This document shows, piece after piece, positions 55,934 to 64,000 of a stretch of DNA of 64,000 nt (positions are counted from its first letter, which is position 1; each line of letters begins with the position of its first letter). The DNA is from Turneriella sp. GTDB lineage: Bacteria; Spirochaetota; Leptospiria; Turneriellales; Turneriellaceae. Below the pieces are notes generated by a model. The model worked only from the letters and a program-made list of their open reading frames with translations. It searched no databases and had not been told where the DNA came from. The stretch lies in contig CBDIID010000003.1 in NCBI GenBank assembly GCA_965279515.1, positions 1,120,001 to 1,184,000 of the forward strand, written 5' to 3'. A program made the position numbers and the translations under genes.

Positions 55934-58771
55934 ATGGCAAAAAATAAGTACCTGTTGCTGATTCTGGCCTTTTATTCGGTATTTTTATGTTCTTGCCGGG
56001 CCTTTGGAAATTTTTGGGAAAATAACAAAGAGCAAAAGACCACCTATGTCGATTCATCCGATGCGGTACCGCCCACGGTCCCAGGTACTCCTGCGGCCGT
56101 CAATGGTGGCTCCACACAAATTGACCTGACATGGACACCCGCATCCGACAACTTAAATCAGCCCGGCGCACTCATCTATGAAATTTGCCAGAGTCTGGGG
56201 GTGGGCGGCTGCAATACATTCACCGTCTCTTTCGTAACCGCTGCCGGCGCTACATCGTTTAATGCAACCGGTCTGAATCCTTCGACGACATATTACTACC
56301 GCGTGCGCGCGCGCGATACGGCGGGAAATCCCGGCGTAGAAACAGCAGAATTTTCGGCTGCAACTTCAGCACCGGGCACGGTCAATACCCCAACCTACAG
56401 CCCCGTAGCAGGCACCTTCGCCAGCGCACAGCTTGTCAGCATCAGTACGAGCACTCCGGGCTCTATCCTCTGTTATACTACCGATGGCGTCACAACACCT
56501 ACCTGCGACGCGATCCCGACTTGTACCGTAGGCACGACCTATGCCGCAGCACTGAATATCGCCACTACCACCACAATCAAGTCCATAGGCTGTAAAAACG
56601 GCAGCAGCGCTTCCGCCGTAGCGAACGGTGTCTTTACCATCGATACGACACCACCCACAGTGAGCGGTGTTTCATCATCGACCTCCAACGGCACACTCGG
56701 TGCAGGGCAAACGATCAGCATCCAGGTCACCTTCAACGAACTTGTCAACGTCACAGGCACGCCACAACTCACCTTGGCCACGGGATCACCGGCTACGACG
56801 ACGATCAATTATGTGTCAGGGACAGGAACTACCGTTCTGAATTTTGACTACCTAACCGCTTCCGGAAATTTCTCCCCCGATCTCGACTATGCGAATACCA
56901 CGGCGTTGAGCCTGAACGGTGGCAGTATTCAAGACGCCGCAGGCAATGCTGCCGTTCTGACGCTGGCGGCGCCCGCCGCATCGGGATCACTGGGTTTCGC
57001 TAAGAATCTCATCATCGACGGTGTCGGACCAACGGTGACGGGTGTCACGGCGAGCAACGGTAACGGTACATTTACGGTCGCTGGTGTCATCAATATCCAG
57101 GTGAACTTCAACGAAAATGTCACAGTCACCGGCACACCGCAGCTCACCTTAGCCACCGGGGCTCCCGCAACGACCGCCGTCAACTATGTGTCCGGGTCCG
57201 GAACCAGCACGCTGCTCTTTAACTACACTGTAGCTGCGGGTAATTTTTCCGCAGATCTCGACTATGCGAACGCGGCCGCGCTGGCGCTAAACGGCGGGAC
57301 AATCAACGACTCGTCAGGCAATGCCGCCGCATTAACCCTGGTGACACCTGGATTGGCCGGCTCGCTGGGCAATAGCAAGAATTTTGTAATCGATACAGGC
57401 GGGCTTACGCCCGGCGCGGCAATATCGTTCAGCGCCATTGGCGCCACAGGCCTGACCGTAAACTGGGGTGCTGCGACAGACGATATTACACCGCAGGTAG
57501 GTCTTCAATACAAGGTTGTTAAGGACAATACGGCGCTGGCCAACATTGACACGGTTGTTGAAGTCAATACCAAGACGGCTCCTGATCTTTTACAGGATTG
57601 GGCAGCGAGTATAACCAACTTTCCGGTTACGGGACTTACGGCCGCGACAACCTATCACTTCGCAGTTTTGGTACGCGACGGCGCGGGCAACATGGCGCTC
57701 TATACGCCGGCAACGCAGGCGACGGGCGGGGGCGGATTACCGAAAAGATTTCTTGTTACGGGAAACACGACAACAGCGACAACGATCTATGATTCAGGTT
57801 CTCATGGATTCGTAGCCGGACCGACGATGAGCGTAGGAGCAGCAGGTGCCGGCGGGCATTCTTTTCTCCTCACTTCAGGCGCGAACAGTGGAAAAATATT
57901 TATTATCCATGGGAATGCGGGTATGCTAACTTCTATCTATGACCAAGTAGGAAATAGCTTTATTGCCGGAGCATCTTTGCTAACAAATTCTGGCGCTGGT
58001 AGTAATTCTTTTCCAATCAGCTCGGGTCTTCATGCAGGCCAAACCTTTTTTGTCCGCGGGCAAGCAGGTGTTTATCATACTTATTTATACGACCACAGCG
58101 CAAATACCTTTACACAGTATTCGAGCGTCACCAGCTATGCTTCCGTTGCTGGGTCCCATAACTTCCTGACGCCTTCGGGCAAAACCGTAATAATTCATGG
58201 AGGTAGCCGATATTCTGGGTTATATACACCTCATGTCACGACGCCAACCTACACTGCCGGCACCGACATGCATGCATCCCTAACCGTTGCTGCTGGAGGC
58301 CATACTTTTGCTGTTACGTCCGGAACCTATAATGGTCAATTTATTGTAGTTCGCGGTGGAAGTACTAACGCCACATTTCTATACGATCCGGTCGCAAATT
58401 TATTTGCAACTGGGCCTACCCTCTCAGCCAATGTCGGCGACGGGGCACATGCGATCGATATTACCGCCGGGCCTAACGCAGGGAGAACCCTTATCATCCA
58501 TGGTAGCGCGGTGAACACAACTTCGCTCTATGATCCGGGACCGGGAACCTTCAGCGCCGGCCCCACATTGTCAGCGAATGCGGGTGCTTGTGCACATGCG
58601 TTTCAGATCAATGGGGGCGGAAATGCGGGTAAAATGCTAGTCGTCCATGGAAACAGCAGCACGACAACTTCCATGCTGGAGCCAGGTCCCGCCCCGTCAT
58701 TTGGTTTTGTTCCGGGCCCGACTCTGTCAGCGAATGCGGGCGCTGGTTGCCATTCGTTTGCGATTCCATAA
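55934..58771 (+). CDS. Large surface lipoprotein: FN3, Fn3-associated/chitobiase-like, two Ig-like repeats, FN3, 7-blade kelch-like propeller
   Basis: Lipobox FLCSC; TGLNPSTTYYYRVRARD; 125-aa tandem repeat; ~48-aa C-terminal repeats. Confidence 0.82.
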   Translation: MAKNKYLLLILAFYSVFLCSCRAFGNFWENNKEQKTTYVDSSDAVPPTVPGTPAAVNGGSTQIDLTWTPASDNLNQPGALIYEICQSLGVGGCNTFTVSFVTAAGATSFNATGLNPSTTYYYRVRARDTAGNPGVETAEFSAATSAPGTVNTPTYSPVAGTFASAQLVSISTSTPGSILCYTTDGVTTPTCDAIPTCTVGTTYAAALNIATTTTIKSIGCKNGSSASAVANGVFTIDTTPPTVSGVSSSTSNGTLGAGQTISIQVTFNELVNVTGTPQLTLATGSPATTTINYVSGTGTTVLNFDYLTASGNFSPDLDYANTTALSLNGGSIQDAAGNAAVLTLAAPAASGSLGFAKNLIIDGVGPTVTGVTASNGNGTFTVAGVINIQVNFNENVTVTGTPQLTLATGAPATTAVNYVSGSGTSTLLFNYTVAAGNFSADLDYANAAALALNGGTINDSSGNAAALTLVTPGLAGSLGNSKNFVIDTGGLTPGAAISFSAIGATGLTVNWGAATDDITPQVGLQYKVVKDNTALANIDTVVEVNTKTAPDLLQDWAASITNFPVTGLTAATTYHFAVLVRDGAGNMALYTPATQATGGGGLPKRFLVTGNTTTATTIYDSGSHGFVAGPTMSVGAAGAGGHSFLLTSGANSGKIFIIHGNAGMLTSIYDQVGNSFIAGASLLTNSGAGSNSFPISSGLHAGQTFFVRGQAGVYHTYLYDHSANTFTQYSSVTSYASVAGSHNFLTPSGKTVIIHGGSRYSGLYTPHVTTPTYTAGTDMHASLTVAAGGHTFAVTSGTYNGQFIVVRGGSTNATFLYDPVANLFATGPTLSANVGDGAHAIDITAGPNAGRTLIIHGSAVNTTSLYDPGPGTFSAGPTLSANAGACAHAFQINGGGNAGKMLVVHGNSSTTTSMLEPGPAPSFGFVPGPTLSANAGAGCHSFAIP
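56639..57388 (+). repeat. Intragenic tandem duplication, 2 x 375 bp (Ig-like domain)
   Basis: IDTTPPTV...TGTPQLTLATG..DLDYAN..GSLG repeated with exact 375-bp period (56639, 57014, 57389). Confidence 0.85.
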
Positions 58772-58800
58772 ACCGCCTCAACCGTATTTTGGAGAATTTG

Positions 58801-58831
58801 GAAGCGTAGCGTATGCCGCGCTTCTTTTTTT
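58801..58831 (+). terminator. Probable intrinsic terminator
   Basis: GAAGCG..CGCTTC stem followed by a T-run. Confidence 0.55.
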
Positions 58832-58837
58832 GCTTGC

Positions 58838-59075
58838 CTAATTTATTTTCCGAATTTTATTGTTTCCATAATCCGCAATAAAAAGGATCACGCTGTCCGT
58901 CGCGATACCATTTTGAGTATTGAATCTGGCAGCATTCCCACTTGCGGCAACATCAACAGAAATGGAACTTCCCAGAGCTGGACCGGCAATAGTTGTGAAT
59001 ACCCCGGTCGAAATCACCATCTTGCGAATCTTATGGTTATTTGCGGCGGGAGCACCAATGGCAACGCCATTGCCA
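58838..59075 (-). pseudogene. Remnant 3' end of an NHL-repeat protein gene
   Basis: NNHKIRKMVISTGVFTTIAG...AARFNTQNGIATDSVILFIADYGNNKIRKIN; upstream part degenerate, no full gene. Confidence 0.7.
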
Positions 59076-59218
59076 AGCCGTCGATTGTCGTAGAATAACC
59101 CTCAAAAAGGGCATGACCGCCGGCGTTCAGCAAAACTTAACGCAGGGCCTGCGGCCATAAAAGCCCTGTTGCGGCAACGCTGTGGTTTACGCCGTAAACC
59201 ACTCATCATCCGTGAACC

Positions 59219-60055
59219 ATGGCTAAAATCCATCCCAGCGCAATCGTCGAAAACCCCGCCAACCTCGCAGACGATGTTGTTGTTCACCCCTTCGCCTACA
59301 TCGGCCCCGATGTCAAAATTGGCCCGGGTACCGAAGTGGGTATCCGCGCCACAATAAAGAACAAAGTTACCATCGGTGCAAACAACAAAATCTTTACCGG
59401 CGCCACGATCGGCGAAAACGCGCAGGATATCCACTTTAATAATCCCCAGGCCGAGGTCATCATCGGTGACAACAACGTATTCCGCGAAACGATCACAGTA
59501 CACCAGCCGACCAAGGCCGAGACACCGACGCGCATTGGCAATGGCTGCTTCTTTATGGCCGATGCGCACGTGGCGCACGACTGCCAGTTCGGCAATAATA
59601 TCATTATGGTCAATAAGAGCGGCTGCGCCGGCCACGTGCAGGTCGGCGACGGCGCGCTGATTTCGGGCCTCGTCATGGTGCACCAGAATGTGCGCATCGG
59701 CGCCTATGCTGTTATCGGCGGTGTATCGAAGGCCACGCGCGATGTGTTGCCCTATACCATGAACAATGGTAATCCTGCTCTCGCCTTCGGCCTCAACATC
59801 GTCGGTCTCAAACGCTCAGGCATGTCGCCGGCCGAACGTTCGGCGATCAAGCAGGCATTCCAGATCTTCTACCTGAAAGATCTCGCGACCACGAAGGCGA
59901 TCGAGGCGATACAGCAAGAGCTGGTACCCTCGCTGCCCGAAGGTTCTGCCGAGCGTAAGCGCATCGAATACCTCGCCGAATGGCTCAAATCATCGAAGCG
60001 CGGTTTTACTTTTCACTCCTCTAAGAAAGGGGAAGTCGAAGAAGAAATCGAATGA
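59219..60055 (+). CDS. lpxA: Acyl-ACP--UDP-N-acetylglucosamine O-acyltransferase
   Basis: IHPSAIV, hexapeptide repeats, [32 protein letters not shown]. Confidence 0.92.
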   Translation: MAKIHPSAIVENPANLADDVVVHPFAYIGPDVKIGPGTEVGIRATIKNKVTIGANNKIFTGATIGENAQDIHFNNPQAEVIIGDNNVFRETITVHQPTKAETPTRIGNGCFFMADAHVAHDCQFGNNIIMVNKSGCAGHVQVGDGALISGLVMVHQNVRIGAYAVIGGVSKATRDVLPYTMNNGNPALAFGLNIVGLKRSGMSPAERSAIKQAFQIFYLKDLATTKAIEAIQQELVPSLPEGSAERKRIEYLAEWLKSSKRGFTFHSSKKGEVEEEIE

Positions 60056-61443
60056 ATAAATACGACGTCGTCGTCATCGGTTCAGGCCCCGCGGGCGAAG
60101 GCGCGGCCATGCAGAGCGCCAAGGACGGCAAACGCGTCGCCGTCATCGAACTCAATCCCGCACTCGGCGGGGAGTGCCTGCACCGGGGAACAATCCCATC
60201 GAAGGCGCTCAGGCATTCGATTCAGCGCTATATCGAATCGCTGTCGAACCCGCTGGTCAAGGCGCACACACGACTGGGGGGCACCGAGCTAGACTACCCG
60301 TCGCTGTTGGCAGCCGCGCGCGGCATCAGCCAGCGCGAAGCGCATATCAACCAGCGCAACTACGAACGCAACCGGATAGATATTTTTACCGGCCGCGCAC
60401 GGCTCGTTTCGCCAAATGATATTGAGATAAACCTGGGCCACGCGGGCGTGGAGAAAATCAGCGCCGATCATATCATTGTTGCGACGGGCTCGCGGCCATA
60501 CCGCCCGCCCGAGGTAAAATTCGACGAGCGCATTCTCGACAGCGATACGGTATTGGATCTGGCATTTACTCCGCAGTCGCTCACCATCTACGGTGCGGGC
60601 GTCATCGGCTGTGAATACGCTTCGATCTTCAAAGGCCTTGGCATCAAGGTCACGCTCATCAACCACCGCGCAAAACTCCTCGAATTTCTCGACGACGAAA
60701 TTATCGACGCTTTGAGCTATCACCTGCGTGAACAGGGCGTCGTCATCAAGCATGGCGAAGAGTTCGATAAAATAGAGCGTGTGGGTGACGACGTGCTGCT
60801 GCACCTCAAGTCGGGCAAGATCGTCAAGTCGGATGCACTGCTCTGGGCGAACGGCCGCAGCGGAAACACCAAGGATCTTATCGCCTTTGATAGCCCGATA
60901 AAAATCGACCACCGCGGTCAGATTGAAAAGAACGAAAATTTTCAAACCGCCCTGCCCCACATCTATGCCGTGGGCGATGTCGGCGGCCCACCCGCGCTTG
61001 CCAGTGCAGCATTCAACCAGGGCCGTTTCGCGGCATTGCAGATCTCAAAAAAAGCCTCGCATGAAAATCTGATCAAAGGCACACCGACGGGGATCTACAC
61101 CAACCCGGAAATCAGCTCGATAGGCAAGACCGAGCGCGAACTCACCCAAGGCAAAATTCCCTATGAAGTGGGCCAGGCCCACTTCCGCAATATCGCGCGC
61201 GCGCAGATCACAGGGCAGACCGCGGGCCTGCTGAAAATTCTATTTCACCGCGAGACGCTCGAAATTCTCGGCATCCACTGTTTTGGCGATCAGGCATCAG
61301 AGATTATCCATATTGGCCAGGCGATCATGTCGCAGCCGGCGCCGAATAACCGCGTCGTATGGTTTGTCGAAACAACGTTTAATTACCCGACAATGGCTGA
61401 GGCCTACCGCGTCGCGGCGCTCAACGGCCTCAACCGTCTCTAA
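60052..61443 (+). CDS. sthA: Soluble pyridine nucleotide transhydrogenase
   Basis: [23 protein letters not shown] (CxxxGT), [21 protein letters not shown]. Confidence 0.93.
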   Translation: MNKYDVVVIGSGPAGEGAAMQSAKDGKRVAVIELNPALGGECLHRGTIPSKALRHSIQRYIESLSNPLVKAHTRLGGTELDYPSLLAAARGISQREAHINQRNYERNRIDIFTGRARLVSPNDIEINLGHAGVEKISADHIIVATGSRPYRPPEVKFDERILDSDTVLDLAFTPQSLTIYGAGVIGCEYASIFKGLGIKVTLINHRAKLLEFLDDEIIDALSYHLREQGVVIKHGEEFDKIERVGDDVLLHLKSGKIVKSDALLWANGRSGNTKDLIAFDSPIKIDHRGQIEKNENFQTALPHIYAVGDVGGPPALASAAFNQGRFAALQISKKASHENLIKGTPTGIYTNPEISSIGKTERELTQGKIPYEVGQAHFRNIARAQITGQTAGLLKILFHRETLEILGIHCFGDQASEIIHIGQAIMSQPAPNNRVVWFVETTFNYPTMAEAYRVAALNGLNRL

Positions 61444-62066
61444 ATACTCTTCAGGTATTTGCGGATAATTTCGCGGCAGGCAGGCGAATCTACGCCACCC
61501 CCGCCCGTCACCCAGGCGAACGGCAAAATAAAATCACCCCTCGGCCTTTCGGCTTTTTCGCGCGCGGTGAGAAAACCGGAAGTCAGATCATAGGCCTCAT
61601 AAACTTCGCCTTCACCGGGATCACCGGCGAGCCCCAGGAAACCGAGAAAATTCCAGTAATAAGAATCCAGATGCCTGTCTAAACCTGCGGGGGTCGTGGG
61701 CATTTGCATCAGCGCCGATGCAATGAGGGAAAAAAGTTCGCCAGTGTCCGGGGAAGATTTTACAAATTCGGCGATCTGCACAATTTCTGCGACGGCCGCC
61801 AGGGTCTTGTAATCCTGGGTTTCTTTAAAGGGAGAGAAAACCAGTTCGCTGCTCTTGGGTATGATTCTCTGCGCCGAACCCGGTTGGAAGATGATGTCGT
61901 AGATGCCCCCTGGCGCATAATGAAAAGAAGAGCGCTTTGCGGACTTCATGATGCCCGGAATACGGAACGCGCCAAATTCGCCGTTTTCGAGCAGCGTATC
62001 GAGGTAGAGGGATTCATCCCCCGCGGGTTTTCGCCGGAGAATGATTGCTTTCAGCCGCAAGCTCAC
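61440..62066 (-). CDS. recO: DNA repair protein RecO-like (short)
   Basis: [29 protein letters not shown]-terminal pattern; downstream of ybeY/corC. Confidence 0.6.
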   Translation of the reverse strand: MSLRLKAIILRRKPAGDESLYLDTLLENGEFGAFRIPGIMKSAKRSSFHYAPGGIYDIIFQPGSAQRIIPKSSELVFSPFKETQDYKTLAAVAEIVQIAEFVKSSPDTGELFSLIASALMQMPTTPAGLDRHLDSYYWNFLGFLGLAGDPGEGEVYEAYDLTSGFLTAREKAERPRGDFILPFAWVTGGGGVDSPACREIIRKYLKSI

Positions 62067-62074
62067 CGATCGCC

Positions 62075-62899
62075 TTATGCGGCGTTGCGGCCCGAAAGGT
62101 CAATGACGACGCTCTTCACCTGGCGGTGTTTAAATTTCAACAAGGTGAATTTTGCATTGCCGTAGATAAAAGAGGCCTTCTCTTTCAGCTCACCCGCCAG
62201 CGAGTGCAGCACAAAACCCGCAACCGAATGGAATTTCTCTTCGGGCAGGTTGAGCGTCAGTTCATCGTTGAGATCAGAGAGCGACATGCGGGCATCGACG
62301 CGGTAAACCTTGGGTTCGAGCTGCATGACCTGGTTCGAATCGCTGTCGTACTCGTCCTGGATCTCGCCGACGATCTCTTCAAGAATATCTTCGAGCGTGA
62401 TCATGCCGGTGACGTCGCCGTGCTCGTTGACAGTGAGCGCGAGGTGGTGGCGGTTCAGGCGCATCTCGCGCAGCAGCGACAGAATACTCTGCGATTCGGG
62501 CACCACCAGCGGTTTCCTGAGGTGTGAGGCGAGACTGAAATTCTTGCGCTGCGCCGGCTTGATGCTGACGAGGTCTTTGACGAACAGCATGCCGAGGTAG
62601 TGCCTGAGGCCGTCTTTGTCTTCATAGACCGGCAGGCGGGAATGGCCGGTTTTTTTGAAAACCCCCTCGATGTCTTTCAGCGAAGCTGTCACGGGAATAC
62701 TGGTGAGATTCACCTCGGCGGTCTTGATGTCGGCTGCGCGCTTCTCGTGCAGTTCGAGAATTTCGAGGACCATCTGCATCTGCTCGTTGCGCGCCGCAAT
62801 TTTGTTCTTTTTAAAGAACTGTATCAGTTTTTCGCGCAGCGATTTCTTTTTGCCGAAAACGCGCCGTATCGTATTGGTAATTTTTCGCCGCTTTGCCAT
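62075..62899 (-). CDS. CBS + CorC_HlyC domain protein (CorC/hemolysin family)
   Basis: GHSRLPVY, GMITLEDILEEIVGEIQDEYD, SVAGFV. Confidence 0.9.
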   Translation of the reverse strand: MAKRRKITNTIRRVFGKKKSLREKLIQFFKKNKIAARNEQMQMVLEILELHEKRAADIKTAEVNLTSIPVTASLKDIEGVFKKTGHSRLPVYEDKDGLRHYLGMLFVKDLVSIKPAQRKNFSLASHLRKPLVVPESQSILSLLREMRLNRHHLALTVNEHGDVTGMITLEDILEEIVGEIQDEYDSDSNQVMQLEPKVYRVDARMSLSDLNDELTLNLPEEKFHSVAGFVLHSLAGELKEKASFIYGNAKFTLLKFKHRQVKSVVIDLSGRNAA

Positions 62900-63408
62900 T
62901 ATCTTTCGATGAGCCCCACACCCTGCAGACCCGCCTTCTCCAGGATCAGTTTCTCGGTACCCTGCATCTTTTTCATCTCGGTGACGGATATTTCGTGGTC
63001 ATACCCCATCACGTGCAGGGCGCCATGAATGGTTAAGACAGAGAGCTCTTCGGGCAGCGTGGTTTTCCAGGCCTTGGCCTGGCGGGCGGCGGTATCGAGC
63101 GAAATGTAGATCTCACCACCAGGTTCATGGGGGAACAGCGGCGCTTTGCCTTCGACATACGAGAAAGACAGCACGTCTGTGGATTTCGGTTTATGCCGGT
63201 ATTCGGTATTGAGCCGCTTCATGACGGTATCGGAAATGAGATGCACGAGGATTTCCCGGTTTTTGCGCCGCGAGGCATCCCCCTTTGGTTTTCGCCATGG
63301 TATGGCCGAAAATGCTTTGGTGATACGCGGTAGGTACTGTTCATAGGTTTTTAGATACTGCATGTATTTGCGCGGCACCTTGGCCGGCGCGAGCGACAGG
63401 CGGATCAA
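62899..63408 (-). CDS. ybeY: Endoribonuclease YbeY
   Basis: LNTEYR..TDVLSF, GEIYIS, HGALHVMGYDH. Confidence 0.92.
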   Translation of the reverse strand: MIRLSLAPAKVPRKYMQYLKTYEQYLPRITKAFSAIPWRKPKGDASRRKNREILVHLISDTVMKRLNTEYRHKPKSTDVLSFSYVEGKAPLFPHEPGGEIYISLDTAARQAKAWKTTLPEELSVLTIHGALHVMGYDHEISVTEMKKMQGTEKLILEKAGLQGVGLIER

Positions 63409-63791
63409 TTCCGGAATTTTTCCCGCGCGTCGTCGAGCGAACCCGCGATGGCGAAGCGTCCCGAAAGGTCGGTCATGTCGAAGAGCTCCTGTACAAATTG
63501 GGTCGGTTTAGTCAGCAGCATTTTGCCGCGGTTTTGCTCCACGGTGCGTGCAATGGTGAGCAGCAGGGCGATACCCGTGCTGTTGATATAATCGAGTTCT
63601 GAGATATCGAGAATGCAATCATAGACGCCATTCTCAAAAATCGCCTTCACCTTGCTGTTGAGATCAAAAATGTTGTCAGAGGTGATCTTGCCGCTGAAAG
63701 TCAGAAAATTCACCGGGCGCCCCGCGACTTTTTCAGTCTCGGTGCGCAACTGCAACAGATTTTTGAGACTCACTGTCTTATTTTGGCCCAT
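63405..63791 (-). CDS. STAS-domain anti-sigma factor antagonist
   Basis: LDISELDYINSTGIALL. Confidence 0.85.
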   Translation of the reverse strand: MGQNKTVSLKNLLQLRTETEKVAGRPVNFLTFSGKITSDNIFDLNSKVKAIFENGVYDCILDISELDYINSTGIALLLTIARTVEQNRGKMLLTKPTQFVQELFDMTDLSGRFAIAGSLDDAREKFRN

Positions 63792-63947
63792 GGCTCAAGG
63801 AATCAAGCTTTTTGTGCGCTGGCGGCCTGCGGATGCCCCGCGTCTGAAAAAACGGCGTTTGTTTAAACTTATACATACTGTTCACTCATGAAAAAACCGT
63901 GCCAAATAAAAAAGTTGACCCTTGCCATGAGCTTAGCATGTCAACCA

Positions 63948-64000
63948 ATGGCTTACGATGTAAAACAAACCTTTCCTGAAGTTAAGAACTATATTGGCGG
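63948..64000 (+). CDS. 5' fragment of a gene, possibly aldehyde dehydrogenase family; truncated by the window edge
   Basis: MAYDVKQTFPEVKNYIG, resembling the N-terminal NYIGG of aldehyde dehydrogenases. Confidence 0.4.
   Translation, partial: MAYDVKQTFPEVKNYIG

Noticed and set aside
63914..63945. GTTGAC..GTCAAC inverted repeat before the last partial gene
   Set aside because: Only 6-bp arms with a long spacer and a single occurrence; cannot be distinguished from chance
1..64000. CRISPR arrays, tRNA/rRNA genes, transposases, integrases, prophage genes
   Set aside because: No regularly spaced direct repeats or recognisable motifs seen, and nearly all intergenic gaps are short; tRNAscan/Infernal would be needed to fully exclude small RNAs

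Overview
Gene-dense bacterial chromosomal segment, most likely from a Leptospiraceae spirochete (Turneriella/Leptospira-like). This is inferred from a Leptospira-type GltX, a DUF1577/PilZ-like protein, a lipase foldase, SpoIIE/STAS/RsbW-type regulators, a membrane adenylate cyclase, an NHL-repeat remnant and spirochete-style lipoproteins. About 57 CDSs are present. Most are housekeeping or envelope genes (murB, glpD, gltX, trmB, lnt, ftsK, rlpA, lpxB, purF, mtaB, leuS, lpxA, sthA, recO, ybeY). No rRNA, tRNA, CRISPR array or transposase was recognised. The most notable signal is a 20-bp AT-rich palindrome (consensus ATTTAG-nn-AATT-nn-CTAAWT) found five times, in four intergenic promoter regions between 27.7 and 36.9 kb. 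It links a START/EAL-GGDEF unit, a STAS gene, an orphan ParA operon, an ExbB-ExbD-TonB-TBDR-lipoprotein operon and an orphan PstS-like gene plus MarR regulator into one candidate MarR regulon. Other highlights: (1) a three-gene operon in which a CoA-disulfide-reductase/rhodanese homologue has both catalytic Cys replaced by Ser and is coupled to two radical SAM enzymes; (2) a Sua5/YciO gene with no canonical start codon (CTGA overlap); (3) GC-rich palindromic elements inserted in frame in several genes; (4) a modular surface lipoprotein ending in a His-rich 7-blade propeller. All assignments come from reading motifs by eye; no database search was run.
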